Virus record (IMG/VR): IMGVR_UViG_3300036402_000303
Location: 12,727 to 76,726 of that record
Source: a virus
DNA: 64,000 bases
Direction: 5' to 3' (one strand)
In this document: piece after piece, positions 38,552 to 48,585 of the stretch
How positions within the stretch are numbered: the stretch's first letter is position 1
Layout of the letters: every line of letters begins with the position of its first letter
Made by a program: the position numbers and the translations under genes
Notes under the pieces: model-generated
Databases searched by the model: none
The model's input: the letters and a program-made list of their open reading frames with translations, nothing else
Told to the model about the DNA's origin: nothing

Positions 38552-38983
38552 ATGTCCAAGGGCGACACTTTCGAAAACGATCTCATGAAGCTGATCTTCA
38601 ACGCCACGGCGATCGCCAACATCGCGGACAACGCGGCATCCTCGCCGCTGACCAGCCTCTATGTCGCCCTGCACACCGCCGATCCCGGCGAGGCGGGTGT
38701 CCAGACCACCAGCGAAATCTCCTACACCGGCTATGCCCGCGTGGCGGTGTTGCGCACATCAGGTGGCTGGACGATCGTCGGCAACAGCGTATCGCCCGTG
38801 GCCGATATCTCGTTTCCGATTTCGACCGGCGGCACCGGTGGCACCGCGACCCATGCGTCCGTTGGCGTGGCCGCCAGCGGCGGCAGCAAAATTCTTTATA
38901 GCGGTGCGCTGTCGCCGAACATCGTGGTCACCACCGGCGTCACGCCGATTATCACCACGGGTTCCTCCATTTCCGAGGACTGA
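38552..38983 (+). CDS. Minor tail/fibre protein (LHTADPG family), paralogue
   Basis: LYVALHTADPG..EISYTGYARV. Confidence 0.8.
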   Translation: MSKGDTFENDLMKLIFNATAIANIADNAASSPLTSLYVALHTADPGEAGVQTTSEISYTGYARVAVLRTSGGWTIVGNSVSPVADISFPISTGGTGGTATHASVGVAASGGSKILYSGALSPNIVVTTGVTPIITTGSSISED

Positions 38984-39017
38984 TCGGTCCTTCAACCCCT
39001 CTTAAAGGGAGGGACCG

Positions 39018-39749
39018 ATGTTTCTCAGGGGTCCGTTTACACAATTTCCGTTCCTGGATGCCGGCGCGCGCGGTGCGCAGCTGGTCGCAGCCAGCACGTC
39101 CGTTGTCGCTTTCGTCGGCAGCTCCGGCGGCACGATCTGGAACGCGTCCGGAACCGGCACGGCGTCGTTCCGCGGCAGCTCCGGCGCGGTGTGGTCGGCA
39201 AACGGGACCGGTAGCAGCGTCCTTAAGGCCGCCTCCGGCGCGCGGCTGACAGCAGCTGGTACCGGTTCGACCGCCTTTAAGGCGGCTTCCGGCGCACGGC
39301 TCTCCGCGGCCGGCAGCGGCGCGGCGCTGTTTCGGTACGGCGTCAAGTTCACGATGCCGGGCGCTGCCACGTCGGCGCTCAAGGGTGCGGCAGGCGCGCG
39401 TTGGTCCGCGGCCGGTACTGGCAGCACAAGCTTCAAGGCGGCGGCCGGCGCGCGGCTGTCGGCGGCTGGTTTGGCCACAAGTTCGCTCAAGGCGTCATCG
39501 GGCGCGCGCTGGGCGCCAGCTGGCGCGGGCTCTACTACCTTCCGCGGCTCTACCGGCGCGCGGCTGCTCGCGGCAGGGCAGGCGTCCTCGCTGCTGTTCA
39601 GTGCCGGCGGCACCCGCTGGATCGCGACCTACAGCTCTACGGCGATCTTCGCCGGCTCCACCGCCTGGGACGTCATGCTGTCCGACGACCATGCGCCGAT
39701 CGCCTATTTCGCCGAAATTGAGCCCTGGGTTCTTACCGACAGGTCCTGA
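39018..39749 (+). CDS. Virion protein with 18-aa tandem repeats
   Basis: About 11 repeats like ARLTAAGTGSTAFKAASG. Confidence 0.7.
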   Translation: MFLRGPFTQFPFLDAGARGAQLVAASTSVVAFVGSSGGTIWNASGTGTASFRGSSGAVWSANGTGSSVLKAASGARLTAAGTGSTAFKAASGARLSAAGSGAALFRYGVKFTMPGAATSALKGAAGARWSAAGTGSTSFKAAAGARLSAAGLATSSLKASSGARWAPAGAGSTTFRGSTGARLLAAGQASSLLFSAGGTRWIATYSSTAIFAGSTAWDVMLSDDHAPIAYFAEIEPWVLTDRS

Positions 39750-41338
39750 TGATGTTCTCCGGCTATCCCATCAGCTCACAGCCCTTGTCCGCCAGCGGAC
39801 GGGAGATGCGCGTCTATTTCGACATGGGGCTCGATCTCGGCGCGGACCTGACGCTGAAGATCTATGTCACCACAGCTGCAGGCTATGCCACGCTGCCGAC
39901 GGATTCACCTGCGAGCCAGCCGTTCAAGGGCGTGCTGAAAAGCTTTTCATTTCAGCGCTCGATCATGCAGGGGGACATCGGCCAGTTCGCTACCGGCACG
40001 GGTACGCTGGTGATCTCCAACGACGACGCGGATTATGACTATCTGCCGCTGAGCTACGCGATCGACGGGCGCCCGATCACGATCCGGGTCGGGAGGCGCG
40101 ACGGCTCCTATGCCGACACCTTCCGGCTGGCGCGGCTGACGGCGAGCGGCTGGAAAATCGGCGTCGATAACATCACCATCAATCTGGTCGACTTCAGCTA
40201 CAAGCTCGAAGTGCCGATGCAGACCAACGTCTATGGCGGGACGGGTGGCGTCGATGGCGGCGCGGACTTGGCCGGTAAACGCAAGCCGCTGTGCTTTGGC
40301 AGCACCCTGAACGTCACCGCGGTGTTCCTGGTTCCGAACCTTTTCATCTACCAGGTGCATGACGGCGCGGTGCAGGCGATCGACGTCGTCTATATCAGGG
40401 GCATCGCGCTGACGCTGGGTTCCAACTATGCGAATTACGCGGCGCTCGTGGCAGCCGCGGTTCCGTTCGGTCAGTACGCAACCTGCACAGCACTGGGCCT
40501 GTTCAAGCTTTCGGTGGCCGCCGATGGCCAGGTCACGGCCGACGTCAGGGGCGACACGCTCGACGGTTATATCGTCAGGACTGCGGATATCGTGCGCTGG
40601 GCGCTGCGACACCGGACGGTGCTCCTCGATCCCGACGATCTCGACACCGCTTCCTTCGCGGCGGTGAACGCGGCGCAGCCGGCGCCGATCAATTATTTTC
40701 TCGGGCCCGACGACAATCTGACCGTGGCGGCCTTCATCGAGAACATCATGGGCGGCATCGGCGGCTGGGGTGGCCACAAGCTCGACGGCACTTTCGAGGT
40801 TCGCATCTTCCGCGCGCCCGCCGGCAACCCGCTGGCGCGCTTCAACCGCGGCGACATGGTCGGCGACGGCGATATCGAACGCGACGAACTGCCTGCGGCT
40901 TACAACCCGCCGCGCTGGCGCTGGCGCGTGATCTATGCGCGGAACTGGACCGTGCAGCCCGATCTGTCCGGCAACGTCACGGCCGCCCACAAGGCCTTCG
41001 TCGCCGAGCCCTATCGCCTGGCGGACGCGACCAGCACCACCATCCGGACCGATCATCCGTTCGCCCAGGATCGCGATCCGGTACCCTCGTACTTTTCGCT
41101 CAAGGCCGATGCCGACGCGGAAGCGGCGCGGCTGATCGCGCTGTTCAAGACGACGCGGGCGATTTACCGCTTTCCGGTTCCCCGCCGCGGCCTGCGCCGC
41201 GACATAGGAGACGAAATCGAGGTGACGCACCCCCGCTTCGATCTCACCCAGGGACGCAACATGATCGTGGTCGAAACCGGCGTCAAAGTCGTGACCTCGG
41301 CCGATATCGATACTGTCGAGATGTCGGCTTATGGCTAA
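39749..41338 (+). CDS. Tail tip/baseplate hub-like protein
   Basis: 529 aa; YGGTGG..GKRKPLCFG..YQVHDG. Confidence 0.75.
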   Translation: MMFSGYPISSQPLSASGREMRVYFDMGLDLGADLTLKIYVTTAAGYATLPTDSPASQPFKGVLKSFSFQRSIMQGDIGQFATGTGTLVISNDDADYDYLPLSYAIDGRPITIRVGRRDGSYADTFRLARLTASGWKIGVDNITINLVDFSYKLEVPMQTNVYGGTGGVDGGADLAGKRKPLCFGSTLNVTAVFLVPNLFIYQVHDGAVQAIDVVYIRGIALTLGSNYANYAALVAAAVPFGQYATCTALGLFKLSVAADGQVTADVRGDTLDGYIVRTADIVRWALRHRTVLLDPDDLDTASFAAVNAAQPAPINYFLGPDDNLTVAAFIENIMGGIGGWGGHKLDGTFEVRIFRAPAGNPLARFNRGDMVGDGDIERDELPAAYNPPRWRWRVIYARNWTVQPDLSGNVTAAHKAFVAEPYRLADATSTTIRTDHPFAQDRDPVPSYFSLKADADAEAARLIALFKTTRAIYRFPVPRRGLRRDIGDEIEVTHPRFDLTQGRNMIVVETGVKVVTSADIDTVEMSAYG

Positions 41339-42113
41339 TTGCAGCATCCTCATCGACAACCTCGCCGATGACGGGACGGTGGCGGCTTCCAGCCAGGAGC
41401 TGACCATGCCGGCGTCCAACCTGAAGACGCCGCACCCCTCGATCCGCTGGCGCAGCCGCTCCAGCGCCGACTGGTTCGTGCTCGACAAGGGTAGCGTCCG
41501 CGTCGCCGATATCGTGATGGTGGGCGGTCTAACGTGCGGCCCCAACGCCACGGTGCGGTTGCGGCTGTCCTCGATCGACGCGGCGGGGGTAGCCGCCGAC
41601 ATCCTGGACACGGGTCCGATCGCCAACGGCGATCGGCATTTCGACATCGAATATGGCTCGTTCGTCTGGCAATTGGCGGCCCCTGACGCATGGCGCTACC
41701 AGCGCTTCGATATCAGCGATCCCGATGCGGATTTCGTCCAAGCCGGCAGCGTGGTCGACGGCCTCTCCGATACCTTCCAGTATAATTTTGCCCCGGGCGG
41801 ATCAATCCAGCATGTCGATCGCAGCCGGGTGGCAGGAACGTCTTCCGGTATCACGCTGACCTGGGACGACAACACCTTCCGCCGGATCGACCTGTCGTTC
41901 GACTGGGTGACGGCCGCGCAGCGCTATGGCGTGATCGAGCGGCTCGACCGCGTCAAGGGCCGCAAGCGCAACGTGCTGCTGATCACGGATCCGGAAAGCG
42001 ACAACCTGCCGCGGGATTCGATTTACGGCCTGGTGACCGAGCAGACGCCGATCAACTTCGGGCCGGTGTTCGACATTTTCGGCAAGCAGCTGCGCATCGA
42101 CGAGAGGATCTAG
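41331..42113 (+). CDS. Tail tip/distal tail-like protein
   Basis: 260 aa, coupled to the upstream gene. Confidence 0.7.
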   Translation: MANCSILIDNLADDGTVAASSQELTMPASNLKTPHPSIRWRSRSSADWFVLDKGSVRVADIVMVGGLTCGPNATVRLRLSSIDAAGVAADILDTGPIANGDRHFDIEYGSFVWQLAAPDAWRYQRFDISDPDADFVQAGSVVDGLSDTFQYNFAPGGSIQHVDRSRVAGTSSGITLTWDDNTFRRIDLSFDWVTAAQRYGVIERLDRVKGRKRNVLLITDPESDNLPRDSIYGLVTEQTPINFGPVFDIFGKQLRIDERI

Positions 42114-42339
42114 AGGTGAGGCCGGAACAAGAGCAACACGACGATCACTGTATGATGCGTGAGTTTTACATTCGTCTCACACGCGAACGGCGGCGAGACC
42201 GTCTCTGGTACCGCGGGACGGTGTCGAGGATGACGCAGCTGAACCAACTCGCCCGACGTGGCGATGCCGCTTGCTATGGCTGGCTCAAGGATTTCTGGCG
42301 AAGGCAGCTGACTGCTTCGAAACTTCAAAGGACCTGCTG

Positions 42340-43203
42340 ATGGCCTTCATTCCGCCGAAGGACCGGGTGCTCGAGCGTTCGACCTCGAACAGCCAGTCCG
42401 TGTTCACCGTGACCGGTGCGGCCGACTCCTCGTTTAACGCCTTCAGCGCCTCGATGGCGGTCGGCGATTTCACGACCGGAGGCGTGGTGGAAGCGGGCGT
42501 CGCTTTCAAATCGGGCAAGCTGACCTATACCGCGACTAACGAGATTACCATCGACAGCACCGGGTTCGAAAGCAAAGGCACCTTCTCGCCCGGCGGCGTC
42601 AAGGAAGTGTTCATGGGGCTTCCGGGCTCGCGCGCGCCGCTGCTCGATCGCCCCGCCAGCTTCACCGATACGACCGATGCGTCGTCTTCAAGCGCTGGCG
42701 GCGCCTTCACCATCGCGGGCGGCCTTGCCGTTGCCAAGAAGCTCTACGCCGGCGCGGCGTCGTTCTTTACGGGCATTGCGTCGTTTTTGAACGCGACGGC
42801 CTCGACGTCGACCACGACAGGCGCTGTGGTGATCGCTGGCGGCTTGGGTGTCGGCGGGCAGGTTACGGCAAACAATTTTGTCGGGACGGCCTCGCCTTTC
42901 ACGCTGGACGGTAGCCCTCAAGTCGGCGTGAATGTCACGGCTGGCAGCAGCGGGATAATCATGCCCGTCAGTCAATATGCCCTGCTGTTCATTGCCGAGC
43001 AGACGTCGATCGGCGCGACGGCGTTTGTGATGATCACTAACACTGTCGCGACCATCGTATCGCAATCTAATCCGGGTCAGTACATTACTGGCACGTCTCC
43101 CGGCAGCGTCTTTTCTATCGGCCAGGACGGCACGAATTTCAGGATCTACAACGGGACCGCCGCGTCGCACTTGTTCAAGTGCCTTATCATTCGCGCGGCC
43201 TAA
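42340..43203 (+). CDS. Tail fibre protein 1
   Basis: DRVLE anchor domain; ASTSTTTGAVVIAGGLGVGG fibre repeats. Confidence 0.8.
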   Translation: MAFIPPKDRVLERSTSNSQSVFTVTGAADSSFNAFSASMAVGDFTTGGVVEAGVAFKSGKLTYTATNEITIDSTGFESKGTFSPGGVKEVFMGLPGSRAPLLDRPASFTDTTDASSSSAGGAFTIAGGLAVAKKLYAGAASFFTGIASFLNATASTSTTTGAVVIAGGLGVGGQVTANNFVGTASPFTLDGSPQVGVNVTAGSSGIIMPVSQYALLFIAEQTSIGATAFVMITNTVATIVSQSNPGQYITGTSPGSVFSIGQDGTNFRIYNGTAASHLFKCLIIRAA

Positions 43204-43216
43204 CAGGGGGAAGCAC

Positions 43217-43543
43217 ATGGCACTAGCACTTGGCACGGAAAGCGTCGTCGTGACGTCGCAGGAGCGGACCTGGCGCATCAACATCGAGACGCCGCTCGGC
43301 GGCGATCCGGTTGTGACGATATATCGCGAGACGGTGCGGACCGCGGTGGATGGAACCCTGATTTCCAGAGAGACGGCTGCGGGTGTCTCCCGCTCGCTGT
43401 CGGATGTCGCCGCGCAATCATTGTCGGTTGCCGGCAACAAATACACCACGGCGGAAATCGCAGGCGTTATCGCGGCCATTGCCGACACTTGGCGGCAGGA
43501 AGATATCGACGCGGCGGCGGCCGCCGTGCGGCCGGGAGCCTGA
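43217..43543 (+). CDS. Tail fibre-associated small protein
   Basis: 108 aa between the two fibres. Confidence 0.65.
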   Translation: MALALGTESVVVTSQERTWRINIETPLGGDPVVTIYRETVRTAVDGTLISRETAAGVSRSLSDVAAQSLSVAGNKYTTAEIAGVIAAIADTWRQEDIDAAAAAVRPGA

Positions 43544-43548
43544 CACCG

Positions 43549-44706
43549 ATGGCATTCGTTCGTCCCCGCGCGCGCATCCTCGAAATCTCGACCACGTCCG
43601 GCAACGGCCCCTATACGGTGCCCGGTGCCGGCGTCGATCTGTCCCACAACAGTTTTGCGTCGTTCATGAACGTCGGCGACAGCACGGAAGGCTATGTTGC
43701 CGAGCCTGGCGTTGCGATGTGGACGGGGATCCTTACCCGTAGCGCGACCAACCAGATCACATTGACGGCGGTCGAAGAGGCCAAGGGCACCTTCGGCGCC
43801 GGCACCAAGGAGATCGGGGCCAGCCCCCTGGCATCGAGGGCGATGCTTCGCGAGGACATTGCTGGCGCGATCGTGACCGGCGGTAACGCCGTCAACTATA
43901 CCGTGTCGAGCTATCGGAAATATTCAACGCTGGCGGAACTCGATGGCAACATCATTGCCTTCACGCCGCACGCTACAAACACCGGATTATGCCAGCTCAG
44001 TGTGGACGGCATTGGCTTCAGGCCAATGCGCGCCGTGCCGGGGGTCGAGTTGTTTGCCGGCACGTTGATTCAGGGCACGCCCTACCTGGTGCTCTACAAC
44101 AACACCGACCAGGTGTTTTATCTGCACGGCATGTTCGGTAATCGGTACAATGTCCCGCTGTTCGGCGGCATGGACTACTGGGACACGATCGCTCCGAACA
44201 GCGCGTTTATTTTCCCCGCAGGGCAGGCGATAAGCCGAACCGTCTACGCCGCTGCCTTTGCTCGTTGGGGGACGACGTATGGTCCGGGCGATGGATCGAC
44301 GACTTTCAACGTGCCGGATAAGACCGGCCGCGTTTCAGCAATGAAGGAAGCGACGGCGACGCGGCTGACGTCGACTCATTTCGGGGGAAATTCGGTGAAT
44401 CTTGGGGCGGTTGGCGGCTCTGAAAGCCACACACTGACGACTGCCCAACTCGCCTCGCATACGCACGTCAACACATTGATCGATCCGGGGCATGTGCACG
44501 CCGAGGGCGCAGATAGTGGTTCAGGTGGGCTTGGCGGTAGAATCGTCGGCACCACGGGTAGCGGAACTAATTCTGTGGGTAACGGGAATACAACTCAAGC
44601 CGCCAATACCGGGATCACGATCACCAATGCCGCTCAGGGTGGCGGTGCTGCTCATCCCAACGTGCCGCCGACCATCATCTGCAATTACATCATACGGGTA
44701 ATATGA
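43549..44706 (+). CDS. Tail fibre protein 2 with tail collar domain
   Basis: GQAISRTVY..GTTYGPGDGSTTFNVPD..GGSESHTLT..HxH..NYIIR. Confidence 0.9.
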   Translation: MAFVRPRARILEISTTSGNGPYTVPGAGVDLSHNSFASFMNVGDSTEGYVAEPGVAMWTGILTRSATNQITLTAVEEAKGTFGAGTKEIGASPLASRAMLREDIAGAIVTGGNAVNYTVSSYRKYSTLAELDGNIIAFTPHATNTGLCQLSVDGIGFRPMRAVPGVELFAGTLIQGTPYLVLYNNTDQVFYLHGMFGNRYNVPLFGGMDYWDTIAPNSAFIFPAGQAISRTVYAAAFARWGTTYGPGDGSTTFNVPDKTGRVSAMKEATATRLTSTHFGGNSVNLGAVGGSESHTLTTAQLASHTHVNTLIDPGHVHAEGADSGSGGLGGRIVGTTGSGTNSVGNGNTTQAANTGITITNAAQGGGAAHPNVPPTIICNYIIRVI

Positions 44707-44710
44707 GCGC

Positions 44711-44881
44711 CTACCAAGCGTCTAGCTCTTCAAACTCCTCGATTTCAGCAGGAGTCGGTTCTCGATATTCCCATTCGCCAGCGCTGTCCCGGCGCCGCAT
44801 TTTAAGATCGCTCATCGGCCGGGAATAAAAACGCCAGTCGCCTGGGCCGGCCATCTGGAAAATCTTTATCAGGTTCCACAT
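44711..44881 (-). CDS. Moron, 56-aa protein
   Basis: Manual translation MWNLIKIFQMAGPGDWRFYSRPMSDLKMRRRDSAGEWEYREPTPAEIEEFEELDAW; below ORF-track cutoff. Confidence 0.5.
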   Translation of the reverse strand: MWNLIKIFQMAGPGDWRFYSRPMSDLKMRRRDSAGEWEYREPTPAEIEEFEELDAW

Positions 44882-45174
44882 TCCGCGAACCTGCCGATCT
44901 AGCCGAAACTACGCCGTATCTTTCGATCGGCATCTTGCGCCGCCCGATCGGATTCGGGGATGGGCAAAATGTCGATGGCCCGCCGTTTAATGCGTCGCTC
45001 TTGGACCCTGTAAGTAACGGCAATAGCTGCAAGCAAAAGTAGACCGGCTGATAGCCAATCATTCCACATAATGTTCCCCCTGCCTTAAACGGCACGGAAC
45101 CTACCACCACAACCCCACAGCGAACAAGGCCCCTCCGGGGTCGATAACACCCTTAAGAGAAGGGACTTTGGACT

Positions 45175-46689
45175 ATGGCTACTTGGCCAAAAGACAATCA
45201 GGAAGCCCGCAACGCCTTCTACGGCGACCCCGGCAAGGGCGAGATTGAGCGCCAGATGGTGCCGGTTACGCCGCCCTTCGCGATGTACTACGAGGGCAAG
45301 CGGGTCAACACGATCCGCTTCCACAAGAAGTGCGCGCCGGCGCTGCTCGCAGCACTCAATGAGATCTGGGATTACTGCCAGCACGACCAGGCGAAGATTG
45401 ATGCGTCGGGCGCGTCGAAGTTTTTCGGCGCCTACAACCCTCGCAAGGTGCGCGGCTCAGAAACCAAATGGTCGAACCACGCCTATGCTGCGGCGATCGA
45501 CCTCAACGCGGGACAGAACGCGCTCGGCAAGGTCGGCAACATGCCGGACTTCATCGTCGATGCCTTTGTCCGGCAGGGGGCGATGTGGGGCGGGTGGTAC
45601 AAGAACCGGCCGGACTGGATGCACTTTGAGTTCGTCGACAACGGCGGCCGGCAGCCCAAGTCGGCGCGGCCGGTCCCTGGTGTTGTCGAACCCGTGACGG
45701 CAAAGGTGGTGCCGACCGCCGATCGTCGCACCCGCATGGGTCGCGTCATCTTGGGCTATGAGGCGCGGCGCGACAAGGCCGGTCACCTGGCGGTCTACAA
45801 GCTGCCGGCGAACGACGGCGGCGGGACCTATGAAGTCGGCGGCATCAATGACCGTTATCATCCGGTGCAGGCGGCGCACCTGCGCGACTTGATCGCTACT
45901 GAAAAATTCGACGAGGCTGAGGCCTCGGCGGCCGAATACCTGAAACAGTACACCGATGCCGCGGCGGGCTGGTCGACGAATGCCGGTGTGGAGTTCTTCC
46001 TTCGGGATTGCGTCTTCAATCGAGGTCCGACCGGTGCGGCGAAGATCCTGCAAATGGCCCTCGGCGTCGGAGTTGACGGCACGGTCGGGACCGAAACGCG
46101 TGACGCGCTGGCCAAGATTGAGCCTGGCGCGTTGCTGGAAAAGCTCCGGGCGGCGCGGGAAGCCTATGAGGATGAAGTCGCCGGGCCGCGGCCGAACTTG
46201 CGCAAGGGCCTGATCAACCGGTGGAACAACGCGCTGGCGGACGCGAAGAAGTTCGCGGCCGAAACCCCGACCAGTTCGCAAAAGACAGCCGATGATCTGC
46301 TGAAGGGAGCAGTTGTTGCGGGTAGCTCCGGCGGTATCGCGACGGGCTTGCACAAGGGCTGGAGCCTGCTGGAGTGGGTCACCTATGCCGGCGAAGCGGT
46401 CCTGTTGGTCATGGTCCTCTATCTCGCCTGGCGCCACGGCTGGCCCATGCTGAAGGCGTGGCTGCATCGCGATCCGACTTATCACGACAAGCTGCTGGAC
46501 GGCGCTGCGAAGGTGCAGGACGCGCCTGGCGCGTCGATGCCGGCACTGCCACCGGCAAGGCGCAAGCGCGCGCCACGCAAGCCCGCGGCGAAGCGTAGGG
46601 GCAAAGGAAAGCCCGCAAAGAAACCGGCCGGGAAGGCCAAGCAACGGGTCGCTGGGAAACCCCATTTAACGAAACGAAAGGCTACCTGA
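45175..46689 (+). CDS. Modular endolysin: M15 peptidase + GH108-like domain + PG-binding + TM/basic tail
   Basis: SNHAYAAAIDLN and DWMHFE; DGGGTYEVGGI..DCVFNRG; LQMALGVGVDG. Confidence 0.85.
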   Translation: MATWPKDNQEARNAFYGDPGKGEIERQMVPVTPPFAMYYEGKRVNTIRFHKKCAPALLAALNEIWDYCQHDQAKIDASGASKFFGAYNPRKVRGSETKWSNHAYAAAIDLNAGQNALGKVGNMPDFIVDAFVRQGAMWGGWYKNRPDWMHFEFVDNGGRQPKSARPVPGVVEPVTAKVVPTADRRTRMGRVILGYEARRDKAGHLAVYKLPANDGGGTYEVGGINDRYHPVQAAHLRDLIATEKFDEAEASAAEYLKQYTDAAAGWSTNAGVEFFLRDCVFNRGPTGAAKILQMALGVGVDGTVGTETRDALAKIEPGALLEKLRAAREAYEDEVAGPRPNLRKGLINRWNNALADAKKFAAETPTSSQKTADDLLKGAVVAGSSGGIATGLHKGWSLLEWVTYAGEAVLLVMVLYLAWRHGWPMLKAWLHRDPTYHDKLLDGAAKVQDAPGASMPALPPARRKRAPRKPAAKRRGKGKPAKKPAGKAKQRVAGKPHLTKRKAT

Positions 46690-46690
46690 C

Positions 46691-47230
46691 ATGACCTTCA
46701 CCGTGATCGTGCTGCTCGCCGTCGTGCTGATGGGCGCGTGGATCCTGCGGCCGGCATACAAGCGCTGGCGCGACTACCTGAAAGACGCTCCGGAACTGAA
46801 AGACGCGCCATTCGGCACCCGGGTCCTGGTCCTGTTCAAGGGGCTGCGGACGAAGATGCTGGCCCGGTTGATGGACGGGCTCGGCGTCGCGCTGCCGGTG
46901 ATCAACGCTGCCGGCGAATGGATCGGCGGCGGCGGAATCGACCTGAACGGCATTCTGCCAGCCATCCCGATCGGGCCAGCGTCCGTTCTTACTCCCGGCC
47001 AGTATGCGCCGCTGATCTTCCTGGCCATCGGCCGGCTGACCGACTATCTGCGCAATCACACCACCACGCCGCCGGACACGATCGACGCCAACCTGGCCAA
47101 GACGGTGGCGACGGAAAGCAACTATGTGCAGGGGACCAGGCCGTCGCCGGCGTTGTCCGCCATCGTTGCGCCAGCCGTGCCGCAGAAGCTACCAAAGCTT
47201 CCTAAGCCTGCCAAGAAGAGGGCGCGCTGA
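46691..47230 (+). CDS. Lysis-module membrane protein (holin-like)
   Basis: Hydrophobic segments; follows the endolysin. Confidence 0.6.
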   Translation: MTFTVIVLLAVVLMGAWILRPAYKRWRDYLKDAPELKDAPFGTRVLVLFKGLRTKMLARLMDGLGVALPVINAAGEWIGGGGIDLNGILPAIPIGPASVLTPGQYAPLIFLAIGRLTDYLRNHTTTPPDTIDANLAKTVATESNYVQGTRPSPALSAIVAPAVPQKLPKLPKPAKKRAR

Positions 47231-47721
47231 TGGGTGCGCTGTTCACATGGTTGATGGGAGGCGCGGCCAGTGCCGCGATCGGTGGCGTCACGTCGATCGC
47301 CGGCAAGGTCGCGGACGGCTGGGCGGCCAAGCAAAAGGCTATGACCGATCAGCACGGCATCACCACAAAGGCCGCGACGGAAATCACGGTAGAGGGCTTC
47401 AGGACCGATACGCGATTTGCCGAGCTGCAGGCCACGCTGGCGCTTGCCGATCGCGCGGACCGGCGAACGTCATGGATCAGGCCGGCCTATGTCGCGCCGG
47501 CTTGGGTCTGGTTCGTCTGCCTGGTGCTGAACCATACCATGCCGGGCGTCGCGAAGTTCATCGGGATACAAGTCACCGATCTGCCGTTCCCGTTTGACTA
47601 TCTGGCGATCGGGATTCCGCTGGCAATTTTCGGGCTTCGACCCTTTGAGAAGAGCGCCAAGGCGAACACCGTGACGAAGGCGCAAGCGACTATTGCGCAG
47701 GCGAACGCGGCTAAGAAGTAG
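47230..47721 (+). CDS. Holin-like membrane protein (3TM type)
   Basis: SWIRP motif followed by two TM helices and FGLRPFEK. Confidence 0.65.
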   Translation: MGALFTWLMGGAASAAIGGVTSIAGKVADGWAAKQKAMTDQHGITTKAATEITVEGFRTDTRFAELQATLALADRADRRTSWIRPAYVAPAWVWFVCLVLNHTMPGVAKFIGIQVTDLPFPFDYLAIGIPLAIFGLRPFEKSAKANTVTKAQATIAQANAAKK

Positions 47722-47731
47722 CGGGAACGAG

Positions 47732-47917
47732 ATGCTGCCGGAATGGCTAGAAAAATTAGCGACGGCATCGCCGGCCCTGATCTTTGCCGCTTTGTGGTGG
47801 CTGGAGCGGTCGGATCGGAAAGCGGCCTCTGCGAAGTTGGAAACCTTATCGGAGCGAACCCTTGTGCTGCTCACCGAATTGAAGGGTTTGCTGTCAGGGA
47901 AACGGAGCGGGACATGA
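47732..47917 (+). CDS. Small membrane protein
   Basis: TM + coiled coil, in lysis operon. Confidence 0.6.
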   Translation: MLPEWLEKLATASPALIFAALWWLERSDRKAASAKLETLSERTLVLLTELKGLLSGKRSGT

Positions 47918-48141
47918 GCCTGCGTTCTTGGCTCCTCGGTCAGAACAAAGGTCACCACAAAGCCGACGAGGCAATTAACCTCGCTGAAGAGCTGACTCTG
48001 AAGATGCGGGAGCGAGCAAACCAGCGAGACCCCTTTAAGGCGGTGTTAGCCGATCTATTCTTTCAGGCACACGATCCTGCGTTGGTCGCCGATGCCTTCG
48101 AAATCAGTCAAGAAGCGCGCATCTACAAGGGGCCGGAATAA
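47914..48141 (+). CDS. Hypothetical protein
   Basis: ATGA-coupled. Confidence 0.55.
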   Translation: MSLRSWLLGQNKGHHKADEAINLAEELTLKMRERANQRDPFKAVLADLFFQAHDPALVADAFEISQEARIYKGPE

Positions 48142-48569
48142 TGATGCTCCGCCTCGATCCGTCGCTGACGCTGGAAATCCTAAATGGCGTCGGAGTAATT
48201 CTGGCCGGGTGTTTTCTGGTCTTCCTGACGGTGTACCTCGCGCGTGAGCACAAGGCCCGCAACCTTCGTTTAAGAGATTGGTTCTTTCGGTTGCCGCCGA
48301 GTATGCACCTCGTTGTCGCGATCTATGTCTTTGACCTCGGCGTTGTGGTGAGAGCAGGGGTCATATGGATCTGGCGCCGGTTTTTTGAAGGCGGGAGCAT
48401 GAGCCTCATGCAGCTGATGCTTCTGCTTGTCGGCGCGGTGATAATCGCCATCGGGTCGCTGTGTAAAATCCGCGCGGTGTCGAAACCCAGCTTCGGCAAT
48501 TGGCCCTGGCTCGCCTCCCTGGCATTGGTCGTGGCCTACCTCGTCGTGGAATCCCCCCGGCTATTCTAA
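48141..48569 (+). CDS. Four-TM membrane protein
   Basis: Four hydrophobic helices. Confidence 0.7.
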   Translation: MMLRLDPSLTLEILNGVGVILAGCFLVFLTVYLAREHKARNLRLRDWFFRLPPSMHLVVAIYVFDLGVVVRAGVIWIWRRFFEGGSMSLMQLMLLLVGAVIIAIGSLCKIRAVSKPSFGNWPWLASLALVVAYLVVESPRLF

Positions 48570-48585
48570 ATCTAGGAAGCATCAC

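Noticed and set aside
39947-41647. 566-aa minus-strand ORF (likewise 28236-29492, 34773-35942, 45457-46665)
   Set aside because: Antisense shadows of high-GC phage structural genes; no motifs, and the plus-strand genes are clearly real
42340-44706. Diversity-generating retroelement or invertible fibre cassette
   Set aside because: No reverse transcriptase, TR/VR pair, invertase or inverted crossover sites seen
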